Notes: a model not told the origin generated them from the letters alone. 64,000 bases of DNA from the human T2T-CHM13v2.0 reference genome, Homo sapiens (GCF_009914755.1 NC_060928.1); one strand, 5' to 3'. Shown: positions 29,584 to 45,929, counted from the first letter of the stretch. A program made the numbers and translations.

Positions 29584-29890
29584 AGCTGGGCACGGTGGCT
29601 CATGCCTGTAATCCCAGCACTTTGGGAGATTGAGGCAGGTGGATCACCTGAGGTCAGGAGTTCAAGACCAGCCTGGCCAGCAGGGCAAAACCCCGTCTCT
29701 ACAAAAAATACAAAAATTAGCTAGGCGTGTTCATGTATGCCTATAATCCCAGCTACTCAGGAGGCTGAGGCAGGAGAATCACATGAATCCGGGAGGGGGA
29801 CGTTGCAGCGAGCCAGGATTGCACCACTGCACTCTAGCCTGGGCAACAGAGTGAGACTTCATCTTACAGAAAAAAAAAAAAGAGAGAGAG
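29584..29890 (+). mobile_element. Alu (S-type)
   Basis: TSD agagaatcct(g/a)ttgtg at 29568-29583 and 29891-29906. Confidence 0.95.
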
Positions 29891-30519
29891 AGAGAATCCT
29901 ATTGTGAAGCCTGGGAGTGGACTTTGCATGGGATGTGTCATACTTACAGTACTCCACAGTATTTTATCACGATAAATAACATGGGAGAGTGAATTCTACG
30001 AGGCTGAAGATTCTGTATGGTATACCCAAGGAAATGAATAAAACATCACAGCAGCACCAGAATGTGGAATGAATCTTTCCAGTGGTGGGACTGTGGGATC
30101 CCACTAGAGAATACTCAGCTTATCATTCCAATACAGGCTCTTCTTACAAACTAGCAGCATTATTTGTTTCCCACTGAAGAATCAGGAGTGTTACAGAGAA
30201 CAGCACAGTGCAATTTGTCTTCAGAGAGTTTCCTTCATTCAAGTGGTTAGAAAATATTTCTCAAAATAATTTGTCCTGAGTCAGAGCTGACATCTTACTA
30301 TGGAAAAATGCGCATTTGAGGGACCTGGTGCCGCTCATACCTGGAAGACTCTGTGTTTTAAACTTTTAGTAATTAATCTGCTCACTTTTGGTGAGCTAGA
30401 ACTAGAACTCAGCCAGCTAAGTATTTATTAAGTGCCTATTTTGCTCCCATCATAATTAGGTAGGTCATAGGCATATATTTTTAAAAATTAAGATGCCATC
30501 AAGGCTCAATGCATTATTT

Positions 30520-31581
<1,062 letters not shown>

Positions 31582-32374
31582 TTATTTACAGGCAATAAAT
31601 CTTACCAGAATACGAGGCACCTGCCTTGGCAGTTATCTTTCAAAGACTATGAAAGCCTCCATCTCCACAGAGACCCCTTGGAGTATTTTGGAGAAAGGGA
31701 GATGCCTCCCTGAGCCTATCTATTAGCTCTTTACACCAGAGCCTTGCACCCACCTGCCGAGTTTTGTGTCATTATTAGGAAATAGTTTGGTTTCTGGCCA
31801 TCTTAGAAAAAAGGAAAATTCCTTGTCTCATGGTTCTTTGAACTGTAGTTTAAAATTGTATGTGTGCCTGTTACTGCCTTTGTATCTGATTTATTTCCAA
31901 CATTACTAGTTTATGTGTTTGTCCAGAATTGTAGGCAACCTGTGGGAGAGTTAACATTGTTTTCTCACTACCCAGAATACTGCCATCTGCCAGTGAGATC
32001 TAATAAGTCCTGGGATTTGGGTAAAACAAGATAAAGAAACTTATTCCATCTTCGAAGTAAATCTGAATTGCCCTGTAAAATATCTAAAGGTCTTTAACTT
32101 TCCTTCTCATTATGTACTTCCTAATATTCTTTTTCCTCTTTATTTTTTTCTTTCTCACGTTTTGATTCTCTATATCCCACTATTCTCCTTTCCCTTCTTT
32201 TCCTGTTCCTAATTTCTTTTCTCTTTTTTGATAATAAGTAAGAAATGCCATATAATGGTCAAAACATACCCATTCATTAATTTTAAAAATTTCTTTTTTT
32301 CTCTTGTTCCATCACTGGTATCTAATAAAACATTTCTTAATACTAGCTGGCAATATAATAACTAATGTTTTTGC

Positions 32375-32860
32375 TGGACATTCTACTAGGTGCTTTATAT
32401 ACCATATCTAATTTATTCCTTACAAGTCAATAAGCTGTGTATTATTATCACTCCTATTTTACAAACAAGAGAGCAGAAACTTAACAGATTATGGAACTTG
32501 CCCAAAGTCTCCTAGCTAGTAAGAGATTTGAGACTTAGGACAAATGTCTACCTCCAGAGCTCAAATGCCTTGCAAAGAATGAGCTCTCAATCTAGTAGTG
32601 TTCCCAAGACACACTTTTGAAATGCAGCAAAATGGTTAAGAGCATGGTACTTGGAATTAGACAGACTTGGTTTGAATCTCAGCACTGCCAGGGATTAACT
32701 GTGTAACAACGGGCAAATCATCTCAGCTCTCTGAGCTTCCATTTTCTATCTGTAAAACGTGGAAAATAATACCTCACAGAGTGGTCGTGAGGTATTACAT
32801 GTAAAACTTTAAGCCTGGCACATGGCCTAAGTTTAATACAGTATACTAATATTACTATCT
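32375..32860. mobile_element. Two MIR elements in opposite orientation (about 32375-32570 minus, about 32620-32860 plus)
   Basis: MIR core motifs ctcctattttacaaacaagagagcagaaactt and ctctctgagcttccattttctatctgtaaaacgtgg. Confidence 0.75.
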
Positions 32861-33918
32861 ATGGAAAAAATAGTATTTGTTCCCCTTGCAACCAACTTCA
32901 TTTAATTACAAGCATATTTCGAAATAACTGTTCTCAGTAACCACTGGGAATTTTTCCTTGATCTAAAGATTCCTTGAATCCATTCATGTCTTTATCCTAC
33001 ACAGCTGCTGGCAGTTAGTAACAAGTTCTGGAATTTCCCATGTGATGTATGAAGGAGCGCAATATAGTGCTTCCATTTAATGGTTCCAGAATAGTCTTCT
33101 TCCATCTTTTACTTAATACCCTGATGGCATATAAATACTTTGGATATTTGGTCTAGGAAGGGAAGCCCTGAAAAACTGATAGAGAGGAATAGAGTATGCC
33201 TTGACCGCCTGAGTCTTCTGGTCTCAGCGCCTGCCTGGTCAAGTGTGTAGACATCAGGCTGAGAGTCGAGAGGCCTGGTTTCTTCACTCATTTGGCATCT
33301 AACCTTGTTCAGTTAGCTTAACTTTTCTGGTCTCACGTAGAAATCAAATAGTGGCTTCACTGTCACTTCCAACTCCTTGAAATTGATATTTGAAAGGCAC
33401 TCAAAAAATATCAGGTGATGCGATTCAGCAGAGACGTGTCTGGTGTGTGCAGATTTTATTTCCTTTAGCCCAGGCCAGAATTTTATATTGAAAGTGAAGC
33501 ATATATGAAAAGTAAAGCATAATACTTTCTTAAAGTTCTACCCCAAATTATGAGTATTTAGGTTATACTCAAAACCAAGTTCAGTGGCCACTAAGGCTCA
33601 TGTTTAATGAAGCGTTCTTTTTTCCTTAATTGAGAAGTGGAAGATTTTGTGAAACTCTGGTAGAATTTTGGTACTTGAGAAGCAAAATGATCAAAGCCAA
33701 AGTTGAGATCTCAGCAGTATGAACATCGGCTCTGGCTTTGGCAATGTCAGAGAGCTTATTTAATCGCTCTGGCAGCTCTCAGCTTGTTTTTGCATACAAT
33801 GCTTTTGCTTCATTTAGGCAGAGTGACTGCCACATATGCAATGGAGTGTAGATAAATCATTGTTGACTCTTGCATCTAAATGCCTAACTTACTGGGAAAT
33901 GTGGCCATTTTTCTTGAT

Positions 33919-34182
33919 CAGTATTTCTCAAATATTTTTTACTTCATCCAGAGCAAGAAATATGTTTTATATCAGAACATATGTATGCATAAAGTTGTGT
34001 ATATATACGCATATAAACTGCAAACAGAATTATCAAGAAGTAGTGCCAACATTATGTTATATTTTACTCTATTATCTTCTTTTCTATTATACTTAGTGTT
34101 ACTAAGCAATTTTGGTCATGACCCACTAAATTGATTGCAAGGTTCACTAAATGGGCTATCACCCACTATTTGAAGAACACCG
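33919..34182. mobile_element. Non-autonomous hAT-Charlie-type DNA element
   Basis: Degenerate TIRs cagtatttctcaaa ... tttgaagaacaccg; internal catgacccactaaattgatt. Confidence 0.6.
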
Positions 34183-36838
34183 GCCTTAAGATTCCTCTTA
34201 GTCCAAAAAACTGCTTTACTTATCTGGGCTTTACATACCCTCAAGGAAAAACTTCACACACTCTTCCAGTTCACTCCCACTACACACACATACCACCATC
34301 ACAACCATCTCTAACACCACCAAACTCTTTGAACGCCTAGGTACACATAACTCCATCGGCTGCTACCAGGGATTTTTTTTTCCCCTAACAGGCTCCATCT
34401 TCTTACATGAGGCCAGAATTAGGAAAACTGTGAATTGTGAAAAGCAGCATACTCTCCTCCTAACTTTCTGTGGGTTCACTGGCATCAGGAACTCAAGAAT
34501 TTCTGTGCTGTGCCAGTGCCAGCTCAAGGCTATAGTATTGACTGTAGGACTGCAGTAAATACTCATTGGCTAGCCATAGTCCCAGATCTGTACTGAATAG
34601 AGTGGAAACAGGGATCTTGTGAAGGTAGCATTGAATAGCACTGGTGATCCATAGATAGGCTGAGTTTAGCATGCAGGATATAAAGTTACAGGATTATTGA
34701 AGCAGGAGTCCAGGCAGAGTGCATATTCCTCAATACACACAACACCAAGAAAAGCAAACAGACAAACACAGGTTAGCACAGTCTGGATATACTGGGGCAG
34801 AATTGGTCAGTGACTGAAGCTGTCTCTTTGCATCATTGGCTCATAAGTCCAAGGCTGTCTGAGGCATGACTTTGCCCCTAAGAGTAGAACCTCAGGACTT
34901 AAAAGGAACCCTGAGCGGTTCGTGTAATTCCCTGATGTCTTAGAAGTGTGTCTGAAGGCAGGTTCACATATTTTGTGCAGCTTTGAGGTTCACATGTTAG
35001 TCACTCTTCTCAGAAAACCTCACTGGGCCTGACCCCAGGGTAGCAGTGGGATGACAGGGGTTGGGGATTCGGGTTATAGGACTGTGACCTATTCATTCTC
35101 CATGAGCATGTTCTTCCCTAGGAGTAGAGACCTGCATCCTGATGTAAAGAGGAGACATGAAACGACTTGGCTCTCTTTTAGCAACTTACAGACCATACTC
35201 TGGCCTCTCCCAGGCCCTGAAGGTCATTTATTTTGCAAAATAAGCCACAGTAATAACACCACTAGCAAAATTTGGCAAACAGACCAGGAATGGAGAAAAT
35301 ATAATGCATATAATTAATAGGTAATTGATAACGTTATAAGTTTTATGAGCCAGATATGTTCTAAACTTCCTTAGTTTTTCAAAGAAACAGTTCGTAGAAT
35401 TTATATCTAGGAGGGACCCTCGATAGTTCAGTCACCTCATTTTGCAGATGTGGGAACTGAGGTCCTAAGAAGCTAGAAAATGGCAGAGGTGGCCAAGCCC
35501 AGATCTTTAAGACTCCAGGGTTTGTTTCCCCACGCCTCATAGTCTCTTCAAGTAAAAAGGATTTCTCCTCATTGCTAAGAAATAGTACACAAAAATGTCA
35601 TCGTTTGAGCCACTGTTCATGGACTCAGCCATGCTAAAAGCAAAAAACAAAACAACAAAGCAAAACCAAAAAACACAGCAATAGTTTCCCAAAGGGGCTG
35701 CATTTAGGTCATAGAAATTTGAACCATAATATGTGTGCTTCAGATTTCCTGAGATTTCTTGATGCCAGCTGTGGGGCTCCTGTGGCTGTCTTTGAGGACT
35801 TTGGACAGTGAAGGGTTGCATAGCTAACACGTGCATTTCTAAGTCACCTGTCACCATAGAGCCCAAATTATATCACAAAAGCAGTTTCCAACCATAAAAG
35901 GACAGAGGACAGCTCTGGGTTTTTTTCCTTTACTCCTACATCACATGAGTCAGTGGTCACTATTCAAAGAGGCAATACATCAAGATATGGGTGGAAACTT
36001 CAATCATTGACCCTTCGAATCTCAGAATTGGAAGGTCATCTGTTCCACCAGTATCTGGTGCATGAGTTAATTGAAAGATTCTGCAGAACATGTAGCAATT
36101 GTTATCTCTTTTGTCTCCCCAGAATAGGACCATGCCAGCGGGAATCTATTACTGGTCTGAGCTATTGTCTAAGATTTAGTCTGGGAAAGAGGAATGTGGT
36201 TAGAGGACAGTGACTGTCACAGGGCTGTTTCATCTACATGTAGTGCTCTCCAATGAGAGCAGAATAAGAAGCCAAAAGACATAAACTGTGTCAGTGCAAC
36301 GGAGTAAGTCTAAGATCAAGGAAGAATAGCCAGACAGGACTGTCCCACCCAGTCTGGAATCCTGAGACAGACTATAGAATTTCATTAAAAATCTTTTAAA
36401 GCAGAGTTTTGTGGGGTTTTTTTTTTTCTGTTCTCAGGTATCATATCAGTGTAGCACTATTCACAGATCGGCACAAAGGACAAGGCGACTTCTTATTATT
36501 TTCCTCAACCATGTGAACACTAAGGTTTTCATTCTGCTACCTCTTGGGTTTGTACTTCATGGATCTCATCTATTCAATAAGCAATCAAGCACTTTGCAAT
36601 GGGTCCAGGGAAGGTTAGTGTCACTTTGACCCTGGCCCACTTCCCACTGGCACCATCTAGAACCCCTGCTAAACTTGTCAAGAACTGATACTCACATAGT
36701 AAAACTAGTGACTTCTGCCCTACATCTCTAAGAGCTTTTACATACTCCAGCATGGTTTGAGAATTTGACTTTAAACTCACCTTTTATCCAGCAGGAACTA
36801 TTACTGAACCTGCCCCTAGCTTTAAAAAAAAAAAGATC

Positions 36839-37151
<313 letters not shown>

Positions 37152-38119
37152 CTAAAAATTGGCCAATGAAATCATTTTGAAATCTATAACTAAACAGTTA
37201 TTTAATTAACCTGTATTGAGTCTCTGTGTTATCAATAATTACTACAATTTTTCTCATGATTTCTAGCTGTCTAACTGATTAGCCCATTTGCAGTTAAACC
37301 AGTGGTAGCCACAAAAGTTACTAAATGTCCTCTCCTCAACAATCCTCAATAAACACTCTTTTCTTCAGGGCTCATTTCTGGTTTATCAGCACCATTCTGC
37401 TCTCAATTTAATGAAGGCACTAATGTAAAGACATAGAAACCTTGAAATTTTTAACAGTTCATGGTTCAAAGAGTACCAAATGGAGACACTGACTCTTTAA
37501 AAAAAAAAAATCAGTTAGCTTGTTTTTAAAAGAAATCAGTGTCACTGCAATAACATCACAGAGGCCACAAACTTGCAAACATGACTCCTGGACCTGCTGA
37601 GAAGAAAGTAACAATTACATATTGGTAAGACCTGTACTGGCCAAAAGATGAGAAATAAATCCCACTAAATTTTACGGGCCATCCATGTCAGTGAAATTTC
37701 TAGGGGTCTAGGGCTGTGAGGCATGTTGAGATGTCCCTTCTAAGGTGAAAGATAAGTTGTTGCATCTGACCTCTCCTTTTAACCAGAAAAAAAGCATCAT
37801 GTCTGGTGGCTTTTCTTTGGATTTTGGAGGCAACGTAGTTCTCATTTGTGTGTGTTACTTTGGCCCATTTACCTTGTAACCAAAAAGCTGCTCATTTTGA
37901 ATAGGGCCCAGGACAAGAGAATGTTCTGCAACAGGTCCAGACTGCTGTTCAAGTTGCTCTGCCATTTGGGCCATATGACCCAGCAAATCCAATGTTGCTT
38001 GAAGGGTCCTGGCTGATAGGGATGCTGTTTGGAGTACTTGGCTGGCCCCTATAGGTGATTCACAGCTCACACACTTAGAATTTTGGAGCAAAACTCTGCC
38101 ATCCTCTGTAGAGAACTAC

Positions 38120-38477
38120 TGATATGGTTTGGCTATGTCCCTACCCAAATCTCATCTTGAATTGTAGCACCCATAATTCCGACATGTTGTGGGAGGGACC
38201 CATTGGAAGATAATTGAATCATGGAGGTGGGTCTTTCCCGTGCTGTTCTTGTGATAGTAAATAAGTCTCAAGAGGTCAGATGGTTTTATAAAAGGGAGTT
38301 TCCCTGCACAAGCTCTCTTCTCTTGTCGGCCACCATGTGAGATCTGCCTTTCACCTTCTGCCATGATTGTGAGGCCTCCCCAGCCCCATGGAACTGTAGT
38401 CCATTAAACCTCTTTCTTTTGTAAATTGCCCAGTCTTGTGTATGTCTTTATCAGCAACATGAAAACGAACTAATACA
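38120..38477 (+). mobile_element. THE1 solo LTR
   Basis: tgatatggtttggct...aactaataca with 5-bp TSD actac at 38115-38119 and 38478-38482. Confidence 0.95.
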
Positions 38478-39091
38478 ACTACTCTCCTTTTAAGAAACAA
38501 CTTTGGCCTAGTTATGAATATTAATAGAAACTGAATGCTTAACCATGGGCCACCAAGTTTCCATGAAGCCTGAGCTGCCTACTGTGAACTGGGCATTGTC
38601 TGAGCCACTACACCATGAAGTTAGGAAGGTACAGCAGTACTCCATCATCAAATGGAAGTGGTGTATACATGAGATCTGGCTTGAGCAGGCCCCGAGGGCA
38701 CATTTAAGCTGAATAGGAAGTGGCCCAAATGCCCATGGTCCTCATTCTTGCTACATTATCTTCTTTCTCTCAGCCCATATCTGTGGAATGTAAACCAAAA
38801 ATAAAATTCTAAGTCCCCCAACAGATTGAATGGACCCCTACTTGGCCAAGGGCATTCCAAAGTAAACCTGAAAAACTAGTTCAGGCCATTATGGGAAGGG
38901 AGTGGGGGTCAGTCATACCTCATTATACCTTTCTCCCTTTGGAATTCAGGCACAACTGACCAGCGTTAACATTAAAACAGAGATCTTAAGACTGATGGAA
39001 CAGACTCTTTGAGGCAATAAGATACATTACAAAATAACAGGTAGCAGGCTCTGAAAGAAATGGAAGTATTTTACCCTGCAGTATATTTTGA

Positions 39092-39397
<306 letters not shown>

Positions 39398-39423
39398 TTG
39401 ATGCATTTTTTAATGGCCCTGTG

Positions 39424-39678
39424 GGCTGGGTGCAGTGGCTAACACCTGTAGTCAGTACTTTGTGAGGCTGAGGCAGGAGGATTGCTTGCACCCAAGAGTT
39501 TGAGACCAGCCTGGGCAGCATAATGAGAACTTGTCTCTACAGAAAAAAAAAAAAAAAAAATTAGCTGGGCTTGGTGGCACACACCTCTAGTCCCAGCTAC
39601 TCCAGAGGCTGAGGTGAGAGAATTGCTTGAGCTCAGGAGGTCAAGGTTGCAGTAAGCTGTGATTGTGCTGCCACATTC
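39424..39678 (+). mobile_element. AluJ, 3'-truncated
   Basis: ggctgggtgcagtggct...gagctcaggaggtcaaggttgcagtaagctgtgatt; no terminal A tail. Confidence 0.9.
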
Positions 39679-39804
39679 ATAAAGTGTAAAGCCCTGCAAA
39701 ACTGTCTCTTGTGGGGGCAACATAGTAGATCTTCCAGGTCTTTTTCTGATTCTGGAGAGATTAACTAAGAGTCTGGTACCTTTTTAAGTCTGATAAGAAA
39801 CATT

Positions 39805-40133
<329 letters not shown>

Positions 40134-41001
40134 TTAGTCTATGAGGAGGTTTCATCTGCATAAGAAGAAACTTGGCCTCTACAACTCCTTATCTTAACTC
40201 AGACATTCCTTTCTATTGATTCCAAGACTTTAGATAATAACTTAACTCTTTCAACTAATTGCCAGTCAGAAAATCTTTGAATCCACCTATGACCTGAAGG
40301 CACCTCCCCACTTTGAGTTGTCTGCCTTTCCAGACCAAACCAATGTGCACTTTTAATGTATTGATTGATGTCTGCTTGTAACTTCTAAAATGTATAAAAT
40401 CAAGCTGTAACCCAACCAGCTTGGCCACATGTTCTCAGCACCTCCTGAGGCTTTGTCATGAGCATGTTCTTAACCTTGGCAAAATAAACTTCTAAATTGA
40501 TTGAGACTTGTCTCAGATACTTTTTGGTTTGCAGGCCTTGTGGGGAGTTCCCTATGTCTAGTTGACTGAGGGAGAGAAAACTCAGGCCTGTTTAAAGTTG
40601 GTTCTGCACAATAATGCAGGCACCACCCAAAAGCAATAATGCTGTAGCCCCATTCTGAGACAGCCCTGAAGGACAGTGGTGAAGGGAAATCCCCCCAGTG
40701 GGTAGAGCTTTGAGCAGTGTATCTGATTGTTCATTTTGCTTGGAAGGAAAAATGACCAGAGGTCAAGTCTATACCAATTCATAGACTGGGTAGTCAGAGA
40801 TTTGGAAGGAATACAATTGGAAAATTGTGACAGAAAGGTCTTTGGGAAGAGGTATGTGGATAGATCTCTCTGAATGGGCAAAGAATTTTAAGATATTTGT
40901 GTCCCATATAATGTTCACCAAAATATTACCCAACCATATATGCTCTAAAGTCTGAATCCAGTATATGGCACTCTTTCTCTCATAGTCAGGATTCATGGGT
41001 C

Positions 41002-41601
41002 TGTAACTAAAATGCAGATTCAGTCGCTCACACTCTTGTTCAATTAACAAGAGCGAGTCTGGTATAAAGAAAGTGACTTTATTCCAAAGCTTAGCTTAGG
41101 GGAAGAGACACAAGCTCCTGCCTTTAAGGGTACTGCTTCACTTTTGGGGCAAAAAGCAGGGGCTTTTAAAGTGGGACTTGGCATGAATGGCATGCAGGGG
41201 AGGGAGCAAGCAGATGTGAGGTCTGCATGACTCACTTCATCTACCGGATGGTCAAGCTGGCACCATTGTGGGCAGAGCTAGGTTGTAAGGGGGCTGTTGC
41301 CTTGAGATCCTCTCTAGGTGGGAGAGAATTCTGTTGAGGGCACACTTCAGGTTGTAAATTGACGGTTGTCTCTTGAGGCCATCTCCTGGTGGGAGAGTTC
41401 CAATTCTGGAGTTTCTAAGTAAGCGCATAGATAAGCTTGCCCTGTAGGGAGTGCCTGGTGAGGGGAAGGTAAAGGTTATAACTCATTTCTAAAGCACTAA
41501 GTAGGAGGTGGGGAACAGGGGGAAAGGAGGAAAAAGAAAAGAAGTTATTTAAAAACATAACTCATTCTCTTTCTCTTAGAAAAATGGAGTACTTGGTTAC
41601 A
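41002..41601 (-). mobile_element. ERV1-class solo LTR (MER65/MER67-like; family uncertain)
   Basis: tgtaac...gttaca inverted termini; 4-bp TSD ggtc at 40998-41001 and 41602-41605; antisense poly(A) signal (tttatt) near 41078. Confidence 0.85.
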
Positions 41602-42499
41602 GGTCCAGGAATCAAGGGGTAGAAATAAGAGTGGCTCCCTTTACTATCACTCCAGTGATCCACTATGAAAATTGTTGTTTTCCATCCTTAGAGACTTAGT
41701 TCCAAAGGGAGGGACAGTGATTCCATTGAATTGGAAGCTGAGACAGTCATCCGACCCCTGTGGCTCCTGCCTCTCAATCAACAGGCAAAGCAGGGGGTTG
41801 CTGGACTGGCTGGGGTGATTGGTCCTGATTACTAAGGGTAAGCTGCTGCTGTACAATGGAAGTGAGGTAGAGCATGTCTAGAATACAGGAGATCCCTCAG
41901 GGCCTTTTAGCACTCCTAAGTCCTGTGATAAAATGCAATGGAAAACCATAACAATCAGAACCCAATTGAGGATGACTAATGGCCCAGATTCCTCAGAGAT
42001 GCAGGTTTCAGTCTTCCCACCAAGCAAAGAATCACAAGCAACCGAGGTTTTTGTGGAAGGATAGGGAATATAGAATGGTTAGCAGAGGAAGATAGCTATA
42101 AGGATCTGCCATGACCACATGACTGGTTGCAGAAGCAAGGACTCTGATAGTTATGAGTGTTTCTTCTTTATTTTGTTATGAATGTGTTTGCATATATATT
42201 AACCCAACATTTTTGTTTTCTTCCCTCTGTTATCCACTTATCATCTAACGTAAGATACGATAATGATAGTTAACTTTCTCTCTCCGTATTTAAGTTGCAG
42301 AATATCAGAGAAGTGTGAACGCCACCCAGGGACTTTGCATCCTCTTCTGGGGGAACGGGTTAGTGTGATTTCAGATGTAGGTGGGATACTTGTATCTTGT
42401 TAGTGAAAGGATGACTTTCTTATTGACTTTATTAAAAACTTGGAGATTAAGTATCGTTTAAGGACATGTGTATAGATGCCAAGTTGACAAAGGGTGGAG

Positions 42500-42915
42500 T
42501 GTGATGATCTTTTCGATGTGTCAACTTGGCTAGGATATAGTCCCCAGTTATTTAATGAAACTGTAATGTTGTTTAATTGAGCTCTTGTGAATGTATTTTA
42601 TAGGTGTAATGAAAGTCCACAGTCAGTTGACTTTAAGTAAGGGAGATTACTTGAGATAATCTGGGTGGGCCTGATTCAATACATTGAAAGATTTTAAAAG
42701 CAGAGCAGAGGCCTTCCTGAGAGAATACATTCCGCCTTTGGACAGCAGCTTCAGTCCATGGCTGTGAATCCAGCCTATTCTTCCTGATAATTTTGCCCTA
42801 TGGATGTCAGACTTGCCTAGCCTGGCCTTGGTATGAGCCAACTCCTTGCAATATATCATCTGTCTGTCTGTCTTTCTGTCTATCTGTCTGTCTGTGTATC
42901 CATCCATCCATCCAT

Positions 42916-42951
<36 letters not shown>

Positions 42952-43005
42952 CCCTCTCTCCCTCTCTACCTCCTGCTGGTTCTGTTTCTCTGAAACCCCT
43001 CAGAT
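42500..43005 (+). mobile_element. MLT2 (MLT2D-like) 3' LTR of the ERV-L, with (TCTG)n(TCCA)n microsatellite at about 42859-42952
   Basis: tgtgatg...tgtgtcaacttggctagg...cagttgactttaagtaagggagattac...ctggttctgtttctctg. Confidence 0.88.
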
Positions 43006-43372
43006 GTCCTTGAAAGTTTTGTCCATCAGTGTAGCCAGCAGGGTCCAGCACTGATCCTACAGGTGTTGGGTGTTCAATACTATGTGTAGAACTGACATGA
43101 TTTTAATGTGTTCAGCCTTTGTGTAGGGGTATCCTTTGCTGAGGTAGTTAGGTACCACACTGATGCTGCAAGGCGAAGTAGCAGGCAGCTCCCCTGCCAG
43201 TATTTTCCACCCAAAGTCAGTCATTGATTCACGGCACCCTCTGAAACTCAAGCGGTGGCGGAAACCGGCAGTGGAAGGAAACACAACCCACACATCTTCT
43301 AGCATGTGGGAGAAATGTGGCCAAACACTGAGGCTTCACATTAAAAATATCTCCGCCTCTGTTACTGCTTCT

Positions 43373-43670
43373 TCTTCTTTTTTTTTTTTTTTTTTTGAGA
43401 CAGAGTCACTCTCTGTCACCCAGGCTGGAGTGCAATGGTGCAATCTCAGCAACCTCTGCCTCCTGGGTTCAAGTGACTCTCCTGCCTCAGCCTCCCCAGT
43501 AGCTTGGATTACAGGTGCCCACCACCACGCCCAGCTAATTTTTGTGTTTTTATAGAAATGGGGTTTTACTATGTTGGCCAGGCTGGTCTTGAACTCCTCA
43601 CCTCAAGTGATCTGCCTACCTCAGCCTCCCAAAGTGCTAGAATTTCAGGCGTGAGCCACCACACCTGGCC
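43373..43670 (-). mobile_element. Alu (S-type)
   Basis: TSD ctctgttactg(c/t)ttct at 43357-43372 and 43671-43686. Confidence 0.95.
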
Positions 43671-43908
43671 CTCTGTTACTGTTTCTCAATATTATTTTAT
43701 TTCTCCTGTGAACTGTGAAACATATATAAAAGGAGGTTGTAACAGACCAGTGGAAAAAAACTAGAAAAACTAAAACTTGATATGGTTTTGAGAGGTGGGG
43801 GAGGAGAGGATAAGAAACAGCCAAAGAGTTGTGATTTTTATTGATAAGTCCTTGCCTAGACCTAGGTTAAGTAGAAACCTATTTCAGGAGATTCTATTTA
43901 GGTGCATA

Positions 43909-44741
43909 TAGTCAGCTCTGCTATAAAGCCATATATGCATTGCTAAAAATCCACATACTTTGCAAAATCATGAAATGAAAACCACAGGGATTATGGGGAA
44001 ATGGGGAATATAGCATTATACCCAAAAGAGTCACCGTACTAAAAAGAGTCACATACTAAAAAGGATAGAAACCTAATGAAAAATGTAGCTCAGTTTTGTA
44101 CACGTCAGATAGTTAAGAAATACATCAATACAATAAATATGACACTTTGCCTTGAAAAAGTCCTGAAAAAATTTGCCTGTGGACTTGGATGTCGGAGGGG
44201 TTGCAGCTTGTGCAATATTGTGAGGTGATGGAAGGAGAGTCATCTGAAATTGGACGGAAACCTGTAACACTGCGTGTTGATGGGCATAGGCATATTTCAT
44301 AGTCACTGGATACCTCAGCGATCTGAAGTATCCAGAAGGTCTTTGGGGTTATGTATGTATGTGTTTTGTCTTATTTCTACACACTTCGGTTCAGCTGGGT
44401 GCGGTGTTCTACATTCTCCTAGTGTAAGCTTGTTCAACCTGTGGCCTAGAGGCCACATGCAGCCCAGAATGGCTTTGAGTGCAGCCAGCCCCACACAAAT
44501 TCATAAACTTTCTTAAAACATTATGAGATTTTTTTGTGATTTTTTTTATAGCTTATCAGCTATCATTAGTGTTAGTGTATTTTATGTGTGGCCCAAGGCA
44601 GTTCTTCTTCCAGTGTGGCCCAGGGAAACCAAAAGATTGGACACTCCTGACCTACTGTTTCTCACAGGGTGAGATAACATATACCAATCACGTTGAAACA
44701 AATTTGCACTTTCAGAACAAGGGTGATTGCAGGACTGACTG
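43909..44741. mobile_element. Tigger-family (TcMar) non-autonomous element interrupted by MER30
   Basis: Degenerate TIRs (t)agtcagctctgctataa ... gattgcaggactgactg, each flanked by TA. Confidence 0.7.
44427..44650. mobile_element. MER30 hAT element
   Basis: cacaaattcataaactttcttaaaacattatgagattttt...gtggcccagggaaaccaaaagattggacac. Confidence 0.88.
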
Positions 44742-45369
44742 TAGAGCATTAAGAGATCACTGTCCTTTATCTGTACTTTCAAAATCCCAAAAGTTCTTTG
44801 TAAGTTTAGCACAAATTCATTTGTTAGCAAAGCTTAATGTGAATACTGATGTTTTCCTAAAATATTGCACTTCGATTATTAAAGTGCTGTCACAGACCCC
44901 ATGAGGGTCTGAATATACCTGTATAGAGTTGTAAAAATTCTGATTTCCAAAACACATCTGGCCCTAAGGGAAGAGGGAATGGTAGGTCTATGTTGTTGAG
45001 CGTCTGATTTGTGTCAGGCATCACGATGGGTGTTGCAGATGCAGAGACACACAAGGCACAGTCCCTGGGAGACCCAGGGAACTTGAAGTCTAGAAGGGGC
45101 TACCACACTCTTTGTGCTGTTGTAGTAGATGTCTGTACTATGCACAAGCAGAGAACAGAAGAAGGAGTCATTCTTTCTAGCCAAAGTGTTCAAGGCAGGC
45201 TTTCTAGAGAATGTGACACCTGGATTGTGTTTGCGGGGAGTGGTTAGGAGTTCTCTAGGCAAAGGAGAAAGTCATTCCAGGTAGAAGAAAATGTGTAAAG
45301 GTGTGAAGGCACAGTTACAAAACAGCAGGTCCAAGGTGATCTCTTAAATGTCACACAACTATAACATGG

Positions 45370-45737
45370 TGTATTAGTTTGTGAGGGCTGCCATAACAAA
45401 GTACCACAGACTAGGTGGCTTAAACAATACAAATTTATATATTTGTAGTTCTGGAGGCAAAAGTTCAAGATCAAGGTGTTGGCAGCAATGATTCCTTCTG
45501 AGGCCACTTTCCTTGGTTTGTAGATGGCCATCTTATCCTGTGTCTTCATATTGCCTTCCCTCAGTGTATGTCTGTGTCCTAATCTCCTCCTCTTATGAGA
45601 GAACCTGTCGTATTGGATTGTGGCCCACCCTACCTAGCTTATTTAACCTAATTACCTTTTAAAGACTCTATCTCCAAATATTCGCATTCGGAGGTCCTGG
45701 GAGTTAGGACCTTAAAATATGAAATTTGGAGGGAATA
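45370..45737 (-). mobile_element. MLT1A0-like MaLR LTR
   Basis: tgtattagtttgtgagggctgccataacaaagtaccacagact...aagttcaagatcaaggtgttggcag. Confidence 0.88.
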
Positions 45738-45929
45738 TTTAAAAAATATTTTTTAAAGATCAATTCACACATGGGCTGGCACAAGAGAAACATGAGCAAA
45801 GCACACAGAAGCTGGAGGAAGGTGTGATGAATTATCACTGGAGTTGGGGGCTTGGGAAAATTTTAAGGACATAGGTCTTGAAGAATGAGTAGAATTTCAT
45901 CACGTTGAGTTGTGCCCGATCTCTCTCTC

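Noticed and set aside
44549-44559. tagcttatcag matches the first 11 nt of miR-21-5p
   Set aside because: It lies inside MER30, diverges immediately afterwards and has no hairpin partner.
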